A stretch of DNA of 64,000 nucleotides from Chiloscyllium plagiosum (Eukaryota), in assembly GCF_004010195.1 (NCBI RefSeq), contig NC_057755.1:8905306-8969305 (forward strand), in the 5' to 3' direction. Below, in pieces: positions 24,365 through 37,158 of this stretch. Every line of letters starts with the position of its first letter. Within the stretch, counting starts at the first letter, position 1. Under the pieces are notes generated by a model that searched no databases, had not been told where the DNA came from, and saw only the letters and a list, made by a program, of their open reading frames with translations. The position numbers and the translations under genes are program-made.

Positions 24365-27300
24365 TAAGTCGGTGGGGTGGGGTGGGTGTGAGTGGGACCC
24401 AGGGAGATAATGAGGATTGAGATCAATCAGAGACTGATGCAGTTGAGAAAAAGGAGAGTCAAACAGTCGGAGCAGGAAGGGGCAAAGCAGAGAACAAGGT
24501 AGGACTGATAAATTAAATTGCATGTATTTCAAAGCAAGAGGCCTAACAGGGAAGGCAGATGAACTCAGGGCATGTTTAAGTACATGGGACTGGAATATCA
24601 TAGCATTACAGAAACATGGCACAGGGATGGACAGGACTGCCAGCTTAATGTTCAAAGATAAAAATACTCCAGGAAGGACAGAAAGGGAGGCAAGAGAGAG
24701 GGAGGATCCTGTTTTTGATAAAGGATAGTATTACAGCTGCATTGAGCAAGGATATTCCTGGGAATACATCCAGGGACGGTATTGTGGAACTGAGAATAAA
24801 AAAAGCGATGATAACATTATTGGGATTGTACTACGGACCCCTTAATAGACAAAGGGAAATTAAGAAACAAATTTGTAAGAAGATCTCAGTTATCTGTAAG
24901 AATAATAGGGTGTTATGGTAAGGGATTTTAACTTTCCAAACATAGACTGAGACTATCATAGTGTTAAAGGTTGAGATAGATGGGAATTTGTTACGTGTGT
25001 ACAAGGAAATTGTCTGATTGAGTATGTGGACGAGAAGTTGCAAAACTTGACCTACGCTTGGGAAATATGGCAGGCCAGGTGACTGAGGTATCAGTGGGGT
25101 AGCACTTTGTTTTGGGGGCCAACGATTATAACTCTGTTTGTTTTAAAATAGAGATGGGAAAGTATAGACCAAATCCAAAAGCTGAAGTTCTAAATTGGAG
25201 GAAGGCCAACTTTGACATTATTAGGCAAGAACTTTCAAAAGCTGATGGGGGGGCGGGGGGGGGGGGGGGGTGGATCAAATGTTCGGAGGTAAACAACTGG
25301 AAAATGGGAAGCCTTCAGAAATGGGGTAACGAGAGTCCAGAGAAAATATATTCCTGTTAGGGAGAAAGGAAAGCCTGATAGGCAAACGGATTGCTCGATG
25401 ACTGAAGACATTCAGGGAATGGTTAAGAAAAGGAAGAAAGTATATGTCAGGTATAGACGGATAGATTGAGTGAATCCTCTGAAGCGTATAAAGGCAGTAG
25501 GCGCTTAAGAGAGAAATCAAGAGGGCAAAAATGGGACATGCGATTGCTTTGGTCAATAGAGTTAAGGAGAATCCAAAGGGGTTTACAAATATATTAAGGG
25601 CAAAACGGTAAGTAGGGAGATAATACGGCCCCTCAAAGATCAGCAAGACGGCATTTGTGTGGAGCTGCACGAGAAGGTGGAGGTACTTTACAAATACTTT
25701 GCATTAGTAAGTACTGTGGAAAAGGATATGAAAGATGTAGAATTTGGGGAAACAGATGGTGACATCTTGAAAATTGTCCATATTACAGAGGAAGGCGTGT
25801 TCGATGTGTTGAAACTCACAAAAGTAGATAAATCCCCAGGACCTAATCGGGTGTACTCTCGATCACTGTGGGAAGCTAGGGAAGAGATTGCTGGGCCGCT
25901 TACTGAGATATTTTTATTATCAGGTGAGGTGCCAGAAGACTGGAGGTTGGCTAACGTGGTGTCATTGTTTAAGAAAGATGGTGAGGACAAGCCTGGGAAC
26001 GATAGACCAGTGAGCCTGACGTCAGTGGTGCGGAAGTTATTGGAGGGAATACTGAGGGACAGGATGTACATGTATTTAGAAAGAAAAGAATTGATTAAGG
26101 TTGCTCAACACGGCTTTGTGCGTGAGAAGACATGTCTCACAAAATTGACTGATTCTTTTTGAAGTAGTAACAAAGAGGATTGATGAGGGCAGAGCAGTAG
26201 ATGCGATCTATATGCACTTCAGTAAGGAGTTCGATACGTTTCCCCATGGGAGGCTGGTTAGCAAGGTTCGATCTCATGGAATTCAGGGGAAACTCGCCAT
26301 TTGGCTGCAGAACAGGGTCAAAGGTAGAAGGCAGAGGTAGTGGTGGAGGGTTGTTTCTTTCAGACTGGAGGCCTGTGACCAGAGGAGTCCTGCAAGGATC
26401 AGTACTGGGTCCATTACTTTTCATCATTTATATAAATGATTGGGATGTGAGCATAAGAGGTATGGTTAGTAAGTTTGCAGGTGACACCAAAACTGGAGGT
26501 GCAGTGGACAGCGAAGAAGATTGCCTCAATTTACAATGGGATCTTGATCAGCTGAATCATTGGGCTGAGAGGTAGCAGATGGAATTTAACACAGATAAAT
26601 GTGAGGTGCTGCATTTTGGAAAAGCAATCCTTAGCAGGACTTAGACACTTAATGTTAAATTCCTAGGGAGTATTGCTAAACAAAGAGACTTTGGAGTGCA
26701 GGTTCCTAGCTCCTTGAAAGTGGAGTCGCAGGTAGATAGGAGAGTGAAGAAGGCGTTTGGTATGCTTTGCTTTATTGGTCAAAGTATTGAGTACAGGAGT
26801 TGGGAGGTCATGTTGTGGCTGTACAGGACATTGGTTAGGCCACGGTTGGAATGTTGCGTCCAATTCTGGTCTCTTTCCTACCGGAAGGATGTTGTGAAGC
26901 TTGAAAAGGTTCAGAAACGAGTTACAAGTGTTGGAGGATTTGAGCTATCGGTAGAGTTTGAATTGGCAACGTCTGTTTTCCCTGGCGCGTAGGAGGCCAA
27001 GGGGTGACCTTATAGAAGTTTATAAAATCATGAGCGACATGGATAAGTATAAACAAAGTCTTTTCCCTGTTGTAGAGGTCTCTAGAACTAGAGGGCATAG
27101 GTTTAGTGTGAGAAGGAAAAGATATAAAAGATATCTAAGGGGCAATCTTTCCACGCAGAGTGTGGTGTGTGTATGGAATGAGCTGCCAGTGGCAGTTTTG
27201 GAGGCGAGTATCATTGCAACATTTAAAAGACATCTGGATGGGTATATGAATAGGAACGATTTAGAGGGATATATGCCGGGTGCTGGCAGGTGGGATGAGG

Positions 27301-27390
27301 TTGGGTTGGGATAACTAGTCGGCAAGGACAAGTCAGACCGACGGGTCTGCTTCCGTGCTGCATACATCTCAGACTCTATGACTCTATGAT
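24365..27390 (+). mobile_element. CR1/HER1-type LINE, nearly complete degenerate ORF2
   Basis: APE start (YFKARGLTGKADEL), KSPGPNRVY, RPVSLTSVV, GVLQGSVLGPLLF, KFAGDTK, and a (gactctat)n tail. Confidence 0.93.
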
Positions 27391-29571
27391 GATTGCAAAG
27401 CTGTGAGCATCATCCGTGATAAACAGGCTTCTGAAAGTATTGGTCACATACAACGGGACAGTATTTTCAAGCAAAGCTTTCCAGTATTTCCTGACATTGA
27501 ATGGCATTTGGCATGTTCATACAACCCCCTAACATCCACTGTCCAATGGTCTGGTGGAAAAATCAGTCCTAATATTGAAGGCAGGTTTAAAGAAACAGCT
27601 AACAGCTTCAGTCGATACCAGAGATCTCCAAGGTCTTGCTCGATTCTCGGACCATCCCTCACACAACAACAGGCATAACTCGAGCAGAGTTGCAGATGGG
27701 GAGAAGCCTCCGCACAAGGTTCAACTTGATATTCATGGACCTGCTGGGATGATGAACAGCATCATAAACACCAATACCAGCACATGTCTCCTCTAAGAAA
27801 GATAGATAGTTTACCTCAGTGGCGAAGTTTGATGTCGAAACCATATAAATAGCTGTGGATGAGTATGAGGTGAGGTCAATGTAATATCAGATTCTGGGGC
27901 TTAAAGACTTTGGGAAAGTGAGGTGGTCCTGAACAAACGTTTAGTTCATAACGAAGCTGCTACTTTGCATAGAGGACAGGAGCAATACACACTTGTCCCT
28001 CAAAACGGCCAGAAAGGCTGTCAGAAACCATGTGTTCTCCCTCTCTGTCTCGTGTCGAGGAAATTTCCGAGGCTCAGATGGATGCAGCCTCGACACATGC
28101 ACACACAGATAAGGGGGCTGAGTGACGTGGGGGAATATCAGCGGAACTGTTGTCCAGGGATCATGTAGGAGATAAATTAAAGAAAAGAGAAAGTGAAAAA
28201 AGGTAATAAAACCAACTATGTCCTCACTCTCGGCACTGGCTTTGAGCTGCATTGTTTGGAGCTCATGTGCAGTGTGCTTGGAAATAAATAGTGACTTTGC
28301 GAAGCGATACCAGCCTTTGCCCAGAACTTTCAGTGTTAAAAGAAAGCACTACATTATTACGAACGAGAATTTATTGGAAATCTAATTTGGAATGAAAGAA
28401 AACAGTCACTTGTTCCTTGGCAGATTGAGTCTGCCGTGTGCGACAAGGGTGGAAGCTGAACCCACAGTTGCTTTCAATCAGTTACATGAGCACAAATTAC
28501 CACGTCAGATTAATTGCTTTCAGCAATAATGCAGCCATTGTGGCTTTTCAGCGTTCATAGTCTGTCCTTAGATGCTCCTTGTAGGTGGCACAGTGCTGCT
28601 TCTTTTCGACGTGCTGGTAGACTGATCCACAAAGCCGTTAGCGAGGCAATTCCAGCATTTGGAGCAAGTGTCAGTGAAGGAACAGCAATTCATTTCCCAG
28701 TCGAAATGGTGAGTGATTTGGAGGGGAACATGCAGGATGTGGTGTTCCCGTATATATGCTGCCCTTGTCCAGATGAAAGTGGTCTCGTATTGGAATGTGC
28801 TGTCTCAGGAGTTTTCGTGAATTTCTGCAGTGTATCTGGTGCATACTGCTGTCACAGAGTGTCAGTTTTGGAGCGGATGGATGTTTCTGGATGTTGTAAC
28901 AATCAAGCGGGTTGCTTTATCTGATGGTGTCAAAAACGTTGCTTATACTTAGTGTCAGTGCTCAGTATTTTTTTCACAGTGAATCTTGGTGCTGAGTCGC
29001 AACATTCAGGGAACTGCTGAGATACTTTGACGTGCATGACCATCCACGGTATATTGTAATTAATGTGCTCAGGAATAAACAGGATAAAGTAATAACAAGT
29101 CACAGCTACAGACAGGAACTTAAACCTAAATTGGCATTATATGACAGATTGAACAAACAAACTTTAATGCATTACAAAGGACGGAGTTTCTGGAGTGTTG
29201 TCAATGTATTTTACATGCATAGTTTCTCCGATGTATAGTGTAAGTTGGTACACAATAAGGTAACAACTGGGCAAGTTGTTTTTTCTTTGGAAGCAAGGCC
29301 AGAGACTGAATATGAATTGTGGAAAAGATCTTTGTATCTTACATATACTCATCCAAACCGCTAATGATGCCAGTAAAAGTAGATTTCAGAATGACAGAAG
29401 TTTGGAAGATATTCAGTTTAATCTTTGCACTTCGTGGTAGTCAATCACTGAACATGTTCACACGACGTTGTCACTCAGCTTTCAGCATAAGAAGGGGAAC
29501 TGATTGATGACACAAAGCAAAGCATTAAATATATTGTTGTGGTTCTGGTGGCCAAGCTGGAAATTTTTTGT

Positions 29572-29614
29572 TGCAAACGTTTCGTCCCCTGTCTAGGTGA
29601 CATCCTCAGTGCTT
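29572..29614 (-). ncRNA. Minimal hammerhead ribozyme motif in the Penelope left arm
   Basis: Reverse strand reads CTGAGGA-tgtcacctagacaggggac-GAAACGTTTG. Confidence 0.65.
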
Positions 29615-30735
29615 GGGAGCCTCCTCTGAAGCGCTTCTGTGGTGTTTCCTCCGGCATTTATAGTGGCCTGTCCCTGCCGCTTCCGCTTGACAGTTTCAGC
29701 TGTCCGCTGTAGTGGCTGGTATATTGGGTCCAGGTCGATGTGTTTGTTAATGGAGTTTTGGATGAGTGCCATGCCTCTAGAAATTCCCTGGCTGTTCTCT
29801 GTCTGGCTTGCCCTATGATAGTAGTGTTGTCCCAGTCGAATTCATGTTGCTTGTCGTCTGCGTGTGTGGCTGCTAAGGATATCTGATCGGGGCGTTTCGT
29901 GGCTAGTTGATGTTCATGGATCCGGTACGTTAGCTGTCTTCCTGTTTCTCCTATATAGTGTTTTGTGCAGTCCTTGCATGGGATTTTGTACACTACATTA
30001 GTTTTGCTCATGCTGGGTATGGGTCCTTCGTTCTGGTGAGTTGTTGTCTGAGGTTGGCTGTTGGTTTGTGTGCTGTTATAAGTCCTAGTGGTCGCAGTAG
30101 TCTGGCTGTCAGTTCTGAAGTGCTCCTGATGTATGGTAGTGTGGCTAGTCCTCTGGGTTGTGGAACGACAACGGAACGAGGACATGGCGCAACCAAAAGG
30201 ATTAGCCACACTACCATACATCAGGAGCATTTCAGAACTGACAGCCAGACAACTGCGACCACTAGAACTTATAACAGCACACAAACCAACATCCACCCTC
30301 AGATAACAACTCACGAGAACGAAGGACCCCATACCCAGCATGAGCAAAACTAATGTAGTGTACAAAATCCCATGCAAGGACTGCACAAACACTATATAGG
30401 AGAAACAGGAAGACAGCTAATGATCCGGATCCATGAACATCAACTAGCCACGAAACGTCACGACCAGCTATCCTTAGCAGCCACACACGCAGACGACAAA
30501 CAACATGAATTCGATTGGGACAACACTACCATTATAGGGCAACCAAACAAAGAACAGCCAGGGAATTCCTAGAAGCATGGCACTCATCCAAAACTCCATA
30601 AACAAACACATCGAGCTGGACCCAATATACTAGCCACTACAGCGGACAGCTGAAACTGACAACCGGAAGCGGCAGGGACAGGCCACTATAAATGCTGGAG
30701 GAAACACCACAGAAGCGCTTCACAGGAGGCTCCCA

Positions 30736-30778
30736 AGGACTGAGGATGTCACCTAGACAGGGGACGAAACGTTTGCAA
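30736..30778 (+). ncRNA. Minimal hammerhead ribozyme motif in the Penelope right arm
   Basis: CTGAGGA (30740-30746), stem II gtcacct/aggggac, GAAAC with a palindromic stem III. Confidence 0.65.
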
Positions 30779-31152
30779 CAAAAGTTTCCAGCTCGACGAA
30801 CAGAACCACAACAACGAGCACCCGAGCTACAAATCTTCACCCAAACATTAAATACATTAGAATTTCGAAAAGGTCTTCACATGGAACAGAAAAGCAAAGA
30901 CTCAGCCCTTTAAAAAGTAATAGCTATGAGAGATTCCCAATCTCAGTGAAATATTATTCGAAATGCAATTTGTTATTTTTATACAGAAGTGGTTACTTCC
31001 CATTTTCGTGGTCGAGAGACGTTTTTCCAATTCTGAGGACATGGACTTCTTTTCAGTTAATGCAGCCAAGGAAATTCCAAAAGCTCTTTCAAATTGGAGA
31101 TCTTGTTCTAATACTGAAAGTAGATCTCCATATACAGGTCAGACCTGTATAC

Positions 31153-32057
31153 TTATTTGCACAGTTTAATAATTCGAATAAATGGATATTTTACACCATT
31201 GATTAACTCCTCTCTGAATTTAGTTTGTGTTAGAGCGTATATGCAAGTGTTGGTGCACGAATTCATAAGCTGTAGCATGAATCCAATTTCTTGAAGAACA
31301 AAAATTGGATCACTGAACGTCTTGTCTTGATAATTATAGTTTGTTACTTGCCAGTTGAAAGAGTGTATGGCATATGTCATCCACAACAGTATAAAATTAG
31401 CAGACAAGGCAAAGAGCAGGATGATGGATTTTCTCCTGTTTACCACCTCTGGATCACTATTATTCTGTCCATTTCCGTGGATCTGAAGGCGACAGCGGAT
31501 GCGGTTAGCTGTTAAAATATTCCTAACTGTCAAAGCATTGAATACCAAAATCAGCACAATTGGAATCAATGGTGTAATTATACTGTCAACCCATTCATAC
31601 ACATTCCAGAATAATGATGTTTTGTAGTCTGATTTTATGATGCAGAACCATGGTACATTGTCAATAACAACTGAAGGAATAAATATAAAATACCAAGCAA
31701 CTGACCGCAAACAGCTGACCACACTCACAGTTACTATAACAACTAATGCAGTTCTCATATTGCAACATCTTGCTCTTAGCTTTTGGCAAGAAATTGCTAT
31801 AAACCGATCAAATGTGAAAGCAACTGTGAACCAAACTGAACAGTCTATGGCAGCATCGAACATAACAACTTTCAAGGCACACACAGGAGTGATGAATAAG
31901 AAATTAACTGGGAAATAAAGATTGTTAATTCGGTGAAGTAAGACATTAAGGATGACGAGAAGTAGATCTGCTGTCGACATTGCCAACAAATAGCGAGTGA
32001 TGCATTTGGAGAGCCCACAATTGCCTCGATTCAGGATCACAATTCCTACTACATTAA
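31153..32057 (-). CDS. GPR139/GPR142-like GPCR, gene 2, coding exon 2 (exon 1 not in the assembled sequence)
   Basis: Intact 905-nt exon, same length and phase as gene 1, with acceptor ttttcttacag. About 50 differences in ~294 aa against gene 1 by manual count. Confidence 0.92.
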
Positions 32058-33957
32058 CTGTAAGAAAAATAAAGAAATGTTCACGTCTTCACGATTCGAG
32101 ACACCGTATAAACATCACATATCTGCTAAAACATGTATCTGCTAAATTAGACCAATTTCATCAGACTAATATATTAACTCAATTACACGATGCATAGTGA
32201 AAAGTTACAATGGAATTATGTACTCAAGCAAACCAGAATGAAATACAGACATGTTGGAAAGCAATACAGAACAGAGTAAATCAACAAATACTTCAGATTA
32301 AAAATCATAAAGAATGAAATGTTTTAATGCAAGTATGTCATACTAAGAGATTGATTGAAATGTTTAAAAGATTTTTCATACTTATTAACCTATTAATGGA
32401 AGAAAAATCAAAGCAAAATGGTATTAAGCACAAGGTATTTCACATCAGGCACTGAGTACATGAGCACACAACAATATATATTTTATGAAGTGGAACAGGC
32501 ATGGTTGAATATGAGAACTGGGTTGTTGGACTAACCTGTCATTGATCGTGGTCACATGTTTTCTCATGCATGCTAGTCATAAATTTGTAGGGGCTGATAA
32601 TGAGGGGAGCAAGTACTCGTATATGAGCAGGCATAAGACCATATGAGAATCGTTTTGGAACTTGGTGAATATAGTACTCTAGTAAAACAGTAACACAGTA
32701 TTTGGAAGGTGAGATTACAACCCGATTGACTGACAACACATCCACACATATATCCTCCTCCTCCACCAACAACGCTCTGAAGCAACAGTGTGTACTATCT
32801 AGAAAATTCCCTGCAAAAGTTCACCAAAGATTCACAGACTTTACCAGCCACACCCACAAACACTTCCAGCCAGAAGAACAGGGCATCTGATACATGGGAG
32901 CATCGCGCCTTGCAAGTTCGCTCGGAGACACTCACCGTCCTGACTTGTTAATACATCACCGTTCCTTCACTATCACTGAATTACCAACATGAAGTTCCAT
33001 GCCCCAGGGCATTGTCGGTAAACCCACAGCAGTCAGACTGCATTAATGAAAAAAAGTGTCAACATCTTCTCAAGGGGCAACCAGGGACAGGCAATAAATG
33101 TTTGTCTGCCAGCTCACATCCCACACATGATAAAAGGAAGAGTCAAAATTCATAATTCAGGTGAATAGATTAATTTGTCTTCAGATCACTTGTGCCAGTT
33201 AGGTTAATTTTTATGGAGTTATATGAGCAGTAGTGTTTTGGGGCAGAATGATGAAAGCAATCACTGAACACCCGGAGTCCACTTCCAGCATCAAAGAGTT
33301 TATTGATGTTACGCTGGTGGGAGGAAGCCTCTAGGGTTCCAATAGCTTCTTCATTGGCAAAGGAAAGGCATAAACGTTTATACATTCATTTTATCCCACC
33401 ATTACAGACCATTCATATTATCAGTTTCTTATAGCCACGCCAAATCCAATTAGTCATGTAACTGGTCAGTAATGAACAGACTTATAGACAACCCTCTGTC
33501 TTCTCTGATGTCATGATATTTCCCAGATGCCCTTATCACTTTCCTTCAACCTCTCACGGTGCGTGCTGTGTATAACAACATTTCAATACTGCTGACGTTT
33601 GCACCTGAAGTTCACACCTCCCTGCAATAGTGTGGGAGCCCTCCATTCCTGCCCACAGGATTTTTAATGGAATCTCATTCATAGTTATTGAGTATTTTTT
33701 AGTGTTGTGTGCATATTTATACGAACCCTGCATTTCAAAGCATGGCACTATGAACATCTGGAAATCTACTTGTAATATCTCTCAGAATTTAAAGCAGCTG
33801 GTTAAGGAGTTTTTCGATCACTTCCTCAAGAGTGTCCTTCTCCAGCTGTGTATGCATCAACAACTGGGGCAGCATGTCTCTAAAAGACACTTTATGTATT
33901 ATTTTAACCTGCTACCTTGGATGTGATCTGTCGGAAAAACATGGTTTACTATAATAC

Positions 33958-34088
33958 TAAGGAGAAAGTGAGTTCTGCAGATGCTGGAGATCAGAGCTGA
34001 AAATGTGTTGCTGGAACTGCGCAGCAGGTCAGGCAGCATCCAGGGAACAGGAGAATCGACGTTTCGGGCAGAAGCCCTTTCTCAGGAA
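33958..34088 (-). mobile_element. Short Penelope-derived terminal fragment with a degenerate hammerhead
   Basis: Reverse strand reads cctgagaaagggcttctgcccgaaacgtcgattctcctg...tctccagcatctgcag; same family as 58449-58638. Confidence 0.7.
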
Positions 34089-34421
34089 AGGGCTTACTTT
34101 AATACTAAATCAAACAAACCTTGTGAAGTTGAAGGCCTGTCCCTTGAAGAGAGAGGGAATGCTGAACTGTATTGAGAGATTACACACAACTGTGTATATG
34201 ACCTTTTGTTTAATGTTCACTGTCAGAGTTAGAAAATAAATTGATGTAATTCTGTTTAATTTGAGAGTGAAATTTGCGAGTTCTCCATCACTCATATTTT
34301 AACAGATTACGAGGCAAGGCAAGCTTTTCTGTGGTTTTGTATTAATTAACAGAGGAGTTCGATTTCGGTGTCGGAACACATTCTATTTCTAAGTCAACTA
34401 CAAAATATGTGAGGTCATCTT

Positions 34422-34657
34422 TGTGACGACGGGAACATACTCAGCCAGGGAGACCTCACAGAATATGAGTTTCCTGATTGGGGCTGTTAACCTGGTCGAA
34501 TCAGGGAGCCCTGGCTGACATACATAAATTGGAAGATCAGGGGTTCTGTTGGCTGTCAGATCTGGCTCCAAGGAAGATGGACAAGTGCCATGTCCTATGC
34601 ACATGCAAAGAAAGGGTGACTTGGTGATGTGTTTCTGGCCTCTGCACAGTTATTTCA
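34422..34657 (+). mobile_element. Solo Gypsy LTR with an uninterrupted (empty) TATA region
   Basis: TG...TTTCA termini and 5-bp TSD atctt/aactt. Shares cctggtc.aatcagggagccctgg and aaagggtgacttggtga with the other LTRs. Confidence 0.85.
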
Positions 34658-34769
34658 AACTTGTGTTGGTTTCAGCCAAGGGCAGACCGCATTGTGGCAA
34701 AGCAAAAATACAATTGATCGCAACTGAAGAATTATCACTTCTTTCCAAAAGATTAATGAAAGAACCAAT

Positions 34770-35045
34770 TTATTGCAGTGTGGAAACAGGCCCTTCAGCC
34801 CAAAAAGCACAATCTACCCAGACCCATTCCCCTACATTTACCCCTTCACCTAACACTACGGGCAATTTAAAATGGCCAATTCACCCAACCTGCACGTTTT
34901 CAGACTGTGCGAGGAAACCGGAGCACCTGAAGGAAGCCCATGCAGACACGTGGAGAATGTGCAAATTCCACCCAGTCAGTCACCTGCGGCGAGAATTGAA
35001 CGCGGGTCTCTGGGGCTGTGAGGCAGCAGTGCTAACCAATGCGCT
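34770..35045 (-). mobile_element. HE1-type SINE
   Basis: gaggaaaccggagcacc...gtgaggcagcagtgctaacca pattern. Confidence 0.85.
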
Positions 35046-35394
35046 AACTGGGGTTGAGTCAAAAGTAATTTTCAGGCGACAGGTTTGGGAGCGAGCTTAT
35101 GTGGAGCCACACTGAGATTTAGAAGTAAGAAACAAATGCTGCTACGTTCACTTACATAAGATAATTTGTTTCATTTCATTGGGCAAATACTTGACCTCCA
35201 ACTGAAGTCTGAATCGTTTCAAATCAGAGTAAGCTTGCATCAATACAATTAGATTCAAAGAGAAAGTATAGAACATTGGGAATTCATTTTGCCTCTTATT
35301 TATAGAGGGTCGTTTCTGTTTAATAAGATACGTGCTGCTGTTCATAAAACTGTTTCTTGGAGTGAAACATCTTATGCTTTATGTTGCTTTTCAA

Positions 35395-36300
35395 CTAAAG
35401 AGTCATGCAGGGCAAAAACAGAGGTTTTGATCCAACTCGGCCATGCCAACCGGGTTTCCCAAACTGAGGTAGACCCATTTTTCTATGCATGCCTAGTTTC
35501 CTTCTAAACCTTTCATACTCGTGTACCTAACCAAATATCTTTGGAATGTTGTTACTCTACCTGCATCTACCATTTTCTCTGGCAGTTCATTCCAAATATG
35601 AACCATCATTGATTTGAAAAACTGCCCCCTCAGGTCTCTTTTAAATCTTTCCTCATAAAACTATGGTCTCCTGCTTTGAGACACCCCCTCCCCCTCAACC
35701 ACAGCTTGAAGAAAACATTTTTATTATTCCCGTTATCCTTGCCCCCTCATGACTTTTTAACCCTCTATAAAGTTGCCCCTCAGCCTCCAACGCTGCAGAG
35801 AAAATAGCCCCAGAATATTCAGCCTATCTGTATAACACAAACGACCAATCCTGACAACATATTGATAAATGTTAATGGAAACCTCTCCAATCTAATAATA
35901 TCCTTTCGACACGAGGTGGCCAAGACTAACCAGGACAGTATTACAAAACCGAACTCACCAACGTCCCGTACATCCATAACATGATGTTCGAACACTATAA
36001 TCAATGATCTGTGCTATGAAACATGCCAAATGCCATCTTTCCACATGTATACCTGTGACGCAACATCCAAACAACTCTGTACTTGAAACCTGATTTCTCT
36101 CTGTTTGATAGCACTACCGAGATCCCTTCCATTAATTACTTCCCTTGTTCACCTTAACAAAATAGAACACCACACATATATCTAAATTTGGTTCCATCTG
36201 CTAACCCTCAGCCAATTGACCCAATATATCAATATCCCTTTGTAATCTGAGATAAACTTCACAACCTGCTTTGCCACCAATGTTGGTGCCATCTGCAAAA
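35395..36300 (-). mobile_element. Old CR1-type LINE 3' fragment
   Basis: Reverse-strand remnants FADGTNIGG and RKDIIRLERF, plus the 3' UTR. Confidence 0.75.
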
Positions 36301-36485
36301 TTTCTGCTTCAAGAGAATTTCTTCTCTCAGAGGGTAGTGAATATGAGGAATACACCGCCCAGAAAATTTCAGAATTCAAATCACTGAACGTGTTTGAGGC
36401 AGAGGTCGATATTTTGAAATATCAAGGAGTTGAGGGCTATGTGGTGGTGGAAGAGAAGAAGTGTTGAGACTTGGAGTAGATGGAG

Positions 36486-37158
36486 TTGAAAAGTGTGGTG
36501 CTGGAAAAACACAGTAAGCCAGGCAGCATCCGAGGAGCAGGCGAATCGATGCTGAGATAAAAGGTAGGGGGGAGGGAATTTGGGGGAGGGGCGCTGCGAA
36601 TACGATAGATGGAAGGAGATGAGGGTGAGTGTGATAGGCCGGTGAGGGGGTGGGGCAGAGAGGTCTGAAAGGAGATTGCAGGTCAAGCGGGCGGTGCTGC
36701 ATCCGGGGGTTTGGACTGAGATAAGGTGGGGGGAGGGGAAATGAGAAATCTGGAGAAATCTACATTCATCCCGTGTGGTTGGAGGGTTTCTGAGTGGAAG
36801 ATGAGGCTCTCTTCCTCCAGGCTTCTTGTGGCCGGGGTCTGGCGATGGAGGAGGCCAATGATCTGCATGTCCTTGGCGGAGTGGGAGGGGGAGTTAAAGT
36901 GTTCAGCCACGAGACGGTTGGGTTGGTTGGTGCGGGTGTCTCAGAGGTGTTCCATGACATTCTGCAAGTAGGCGCCCTGTCTCCCCAATGTAGAGGAGAC
37001 CACATCGGGTGCAGCGGATACAGTAAATGATGTGTGTGGAGGTGCAGTTGAATTTGCAACTGACACGGAAGAATCCACTGGGGCCATGGTGGTAGGTGAT
37101 GGGGGAGGTGTGGGCTCACGTCTTTCGCTTTTTGTGGTTGCAGGGGATAGGTGCCGGG
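36486..37158 (-). mobile_element. Penelope-like element 3' fragment (second family, GIY-YIG)
   Basis: HIIYCIRCTRCGLLYIGETGR and VAEHFNSPSHS...LIFHSETLQPHGMNVDF, with flanking duplication tggagtagatg/tggggtagatg. Confidence 0.85.

Larger units (their letters stand above)
21987..28332 (+). mobile_element. Internally deleted Gypsy element (copy 2) with nested SINEs and a CR1
   Basis: 5' LTR ends TTCA at 22285, followed by PBS TGGCGACGAGCATGAGATT (17/19 match to the tRNA-Ser(GCT) 3' end as I recall it). Protease LEVDNST, RT start EGIINPVQFAEWAAP, integrase remnants, 3' LTR remnant ending 28332. Confidence 0.85.
29536..30845. mobile_element. Penelope-like element: two 3' fragments in inverted (tail-out) orientation with a 13-bp TSD
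   Basis: GIY-YIG motif NVVYKIPCKDCTKHYIGETGR on both strands. Arms ~29536-30160 (-) and ~30190-30845 (+). TSD cattaaatatatt (29523-29535) / cattaaatacatt (30846-30858). Absent at the paralogous site (~14335). Confidence 0.92.

Noticed and set aside
29658..30392. 244-aa ORF crossing the palindrome centre as a novel GIY-YIG fusion gene
   Set aside because: It is a chimaera of antisense and sense frames of the two Penelope arms, with a frame change and no start context.
14773..31918. Plus-strand ORFs conserved between the two duplicates (e.g. 15119-15400 and 31637-31918)
   Set aside because: They are antisense shadows of the conserved GPCR exon.
14635..32057. Assigning the symbol GPR139 or GPR142
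   Set aside because: The genes show family-level resemblance only; orthology cannot be established by eye for tandem paralogues.
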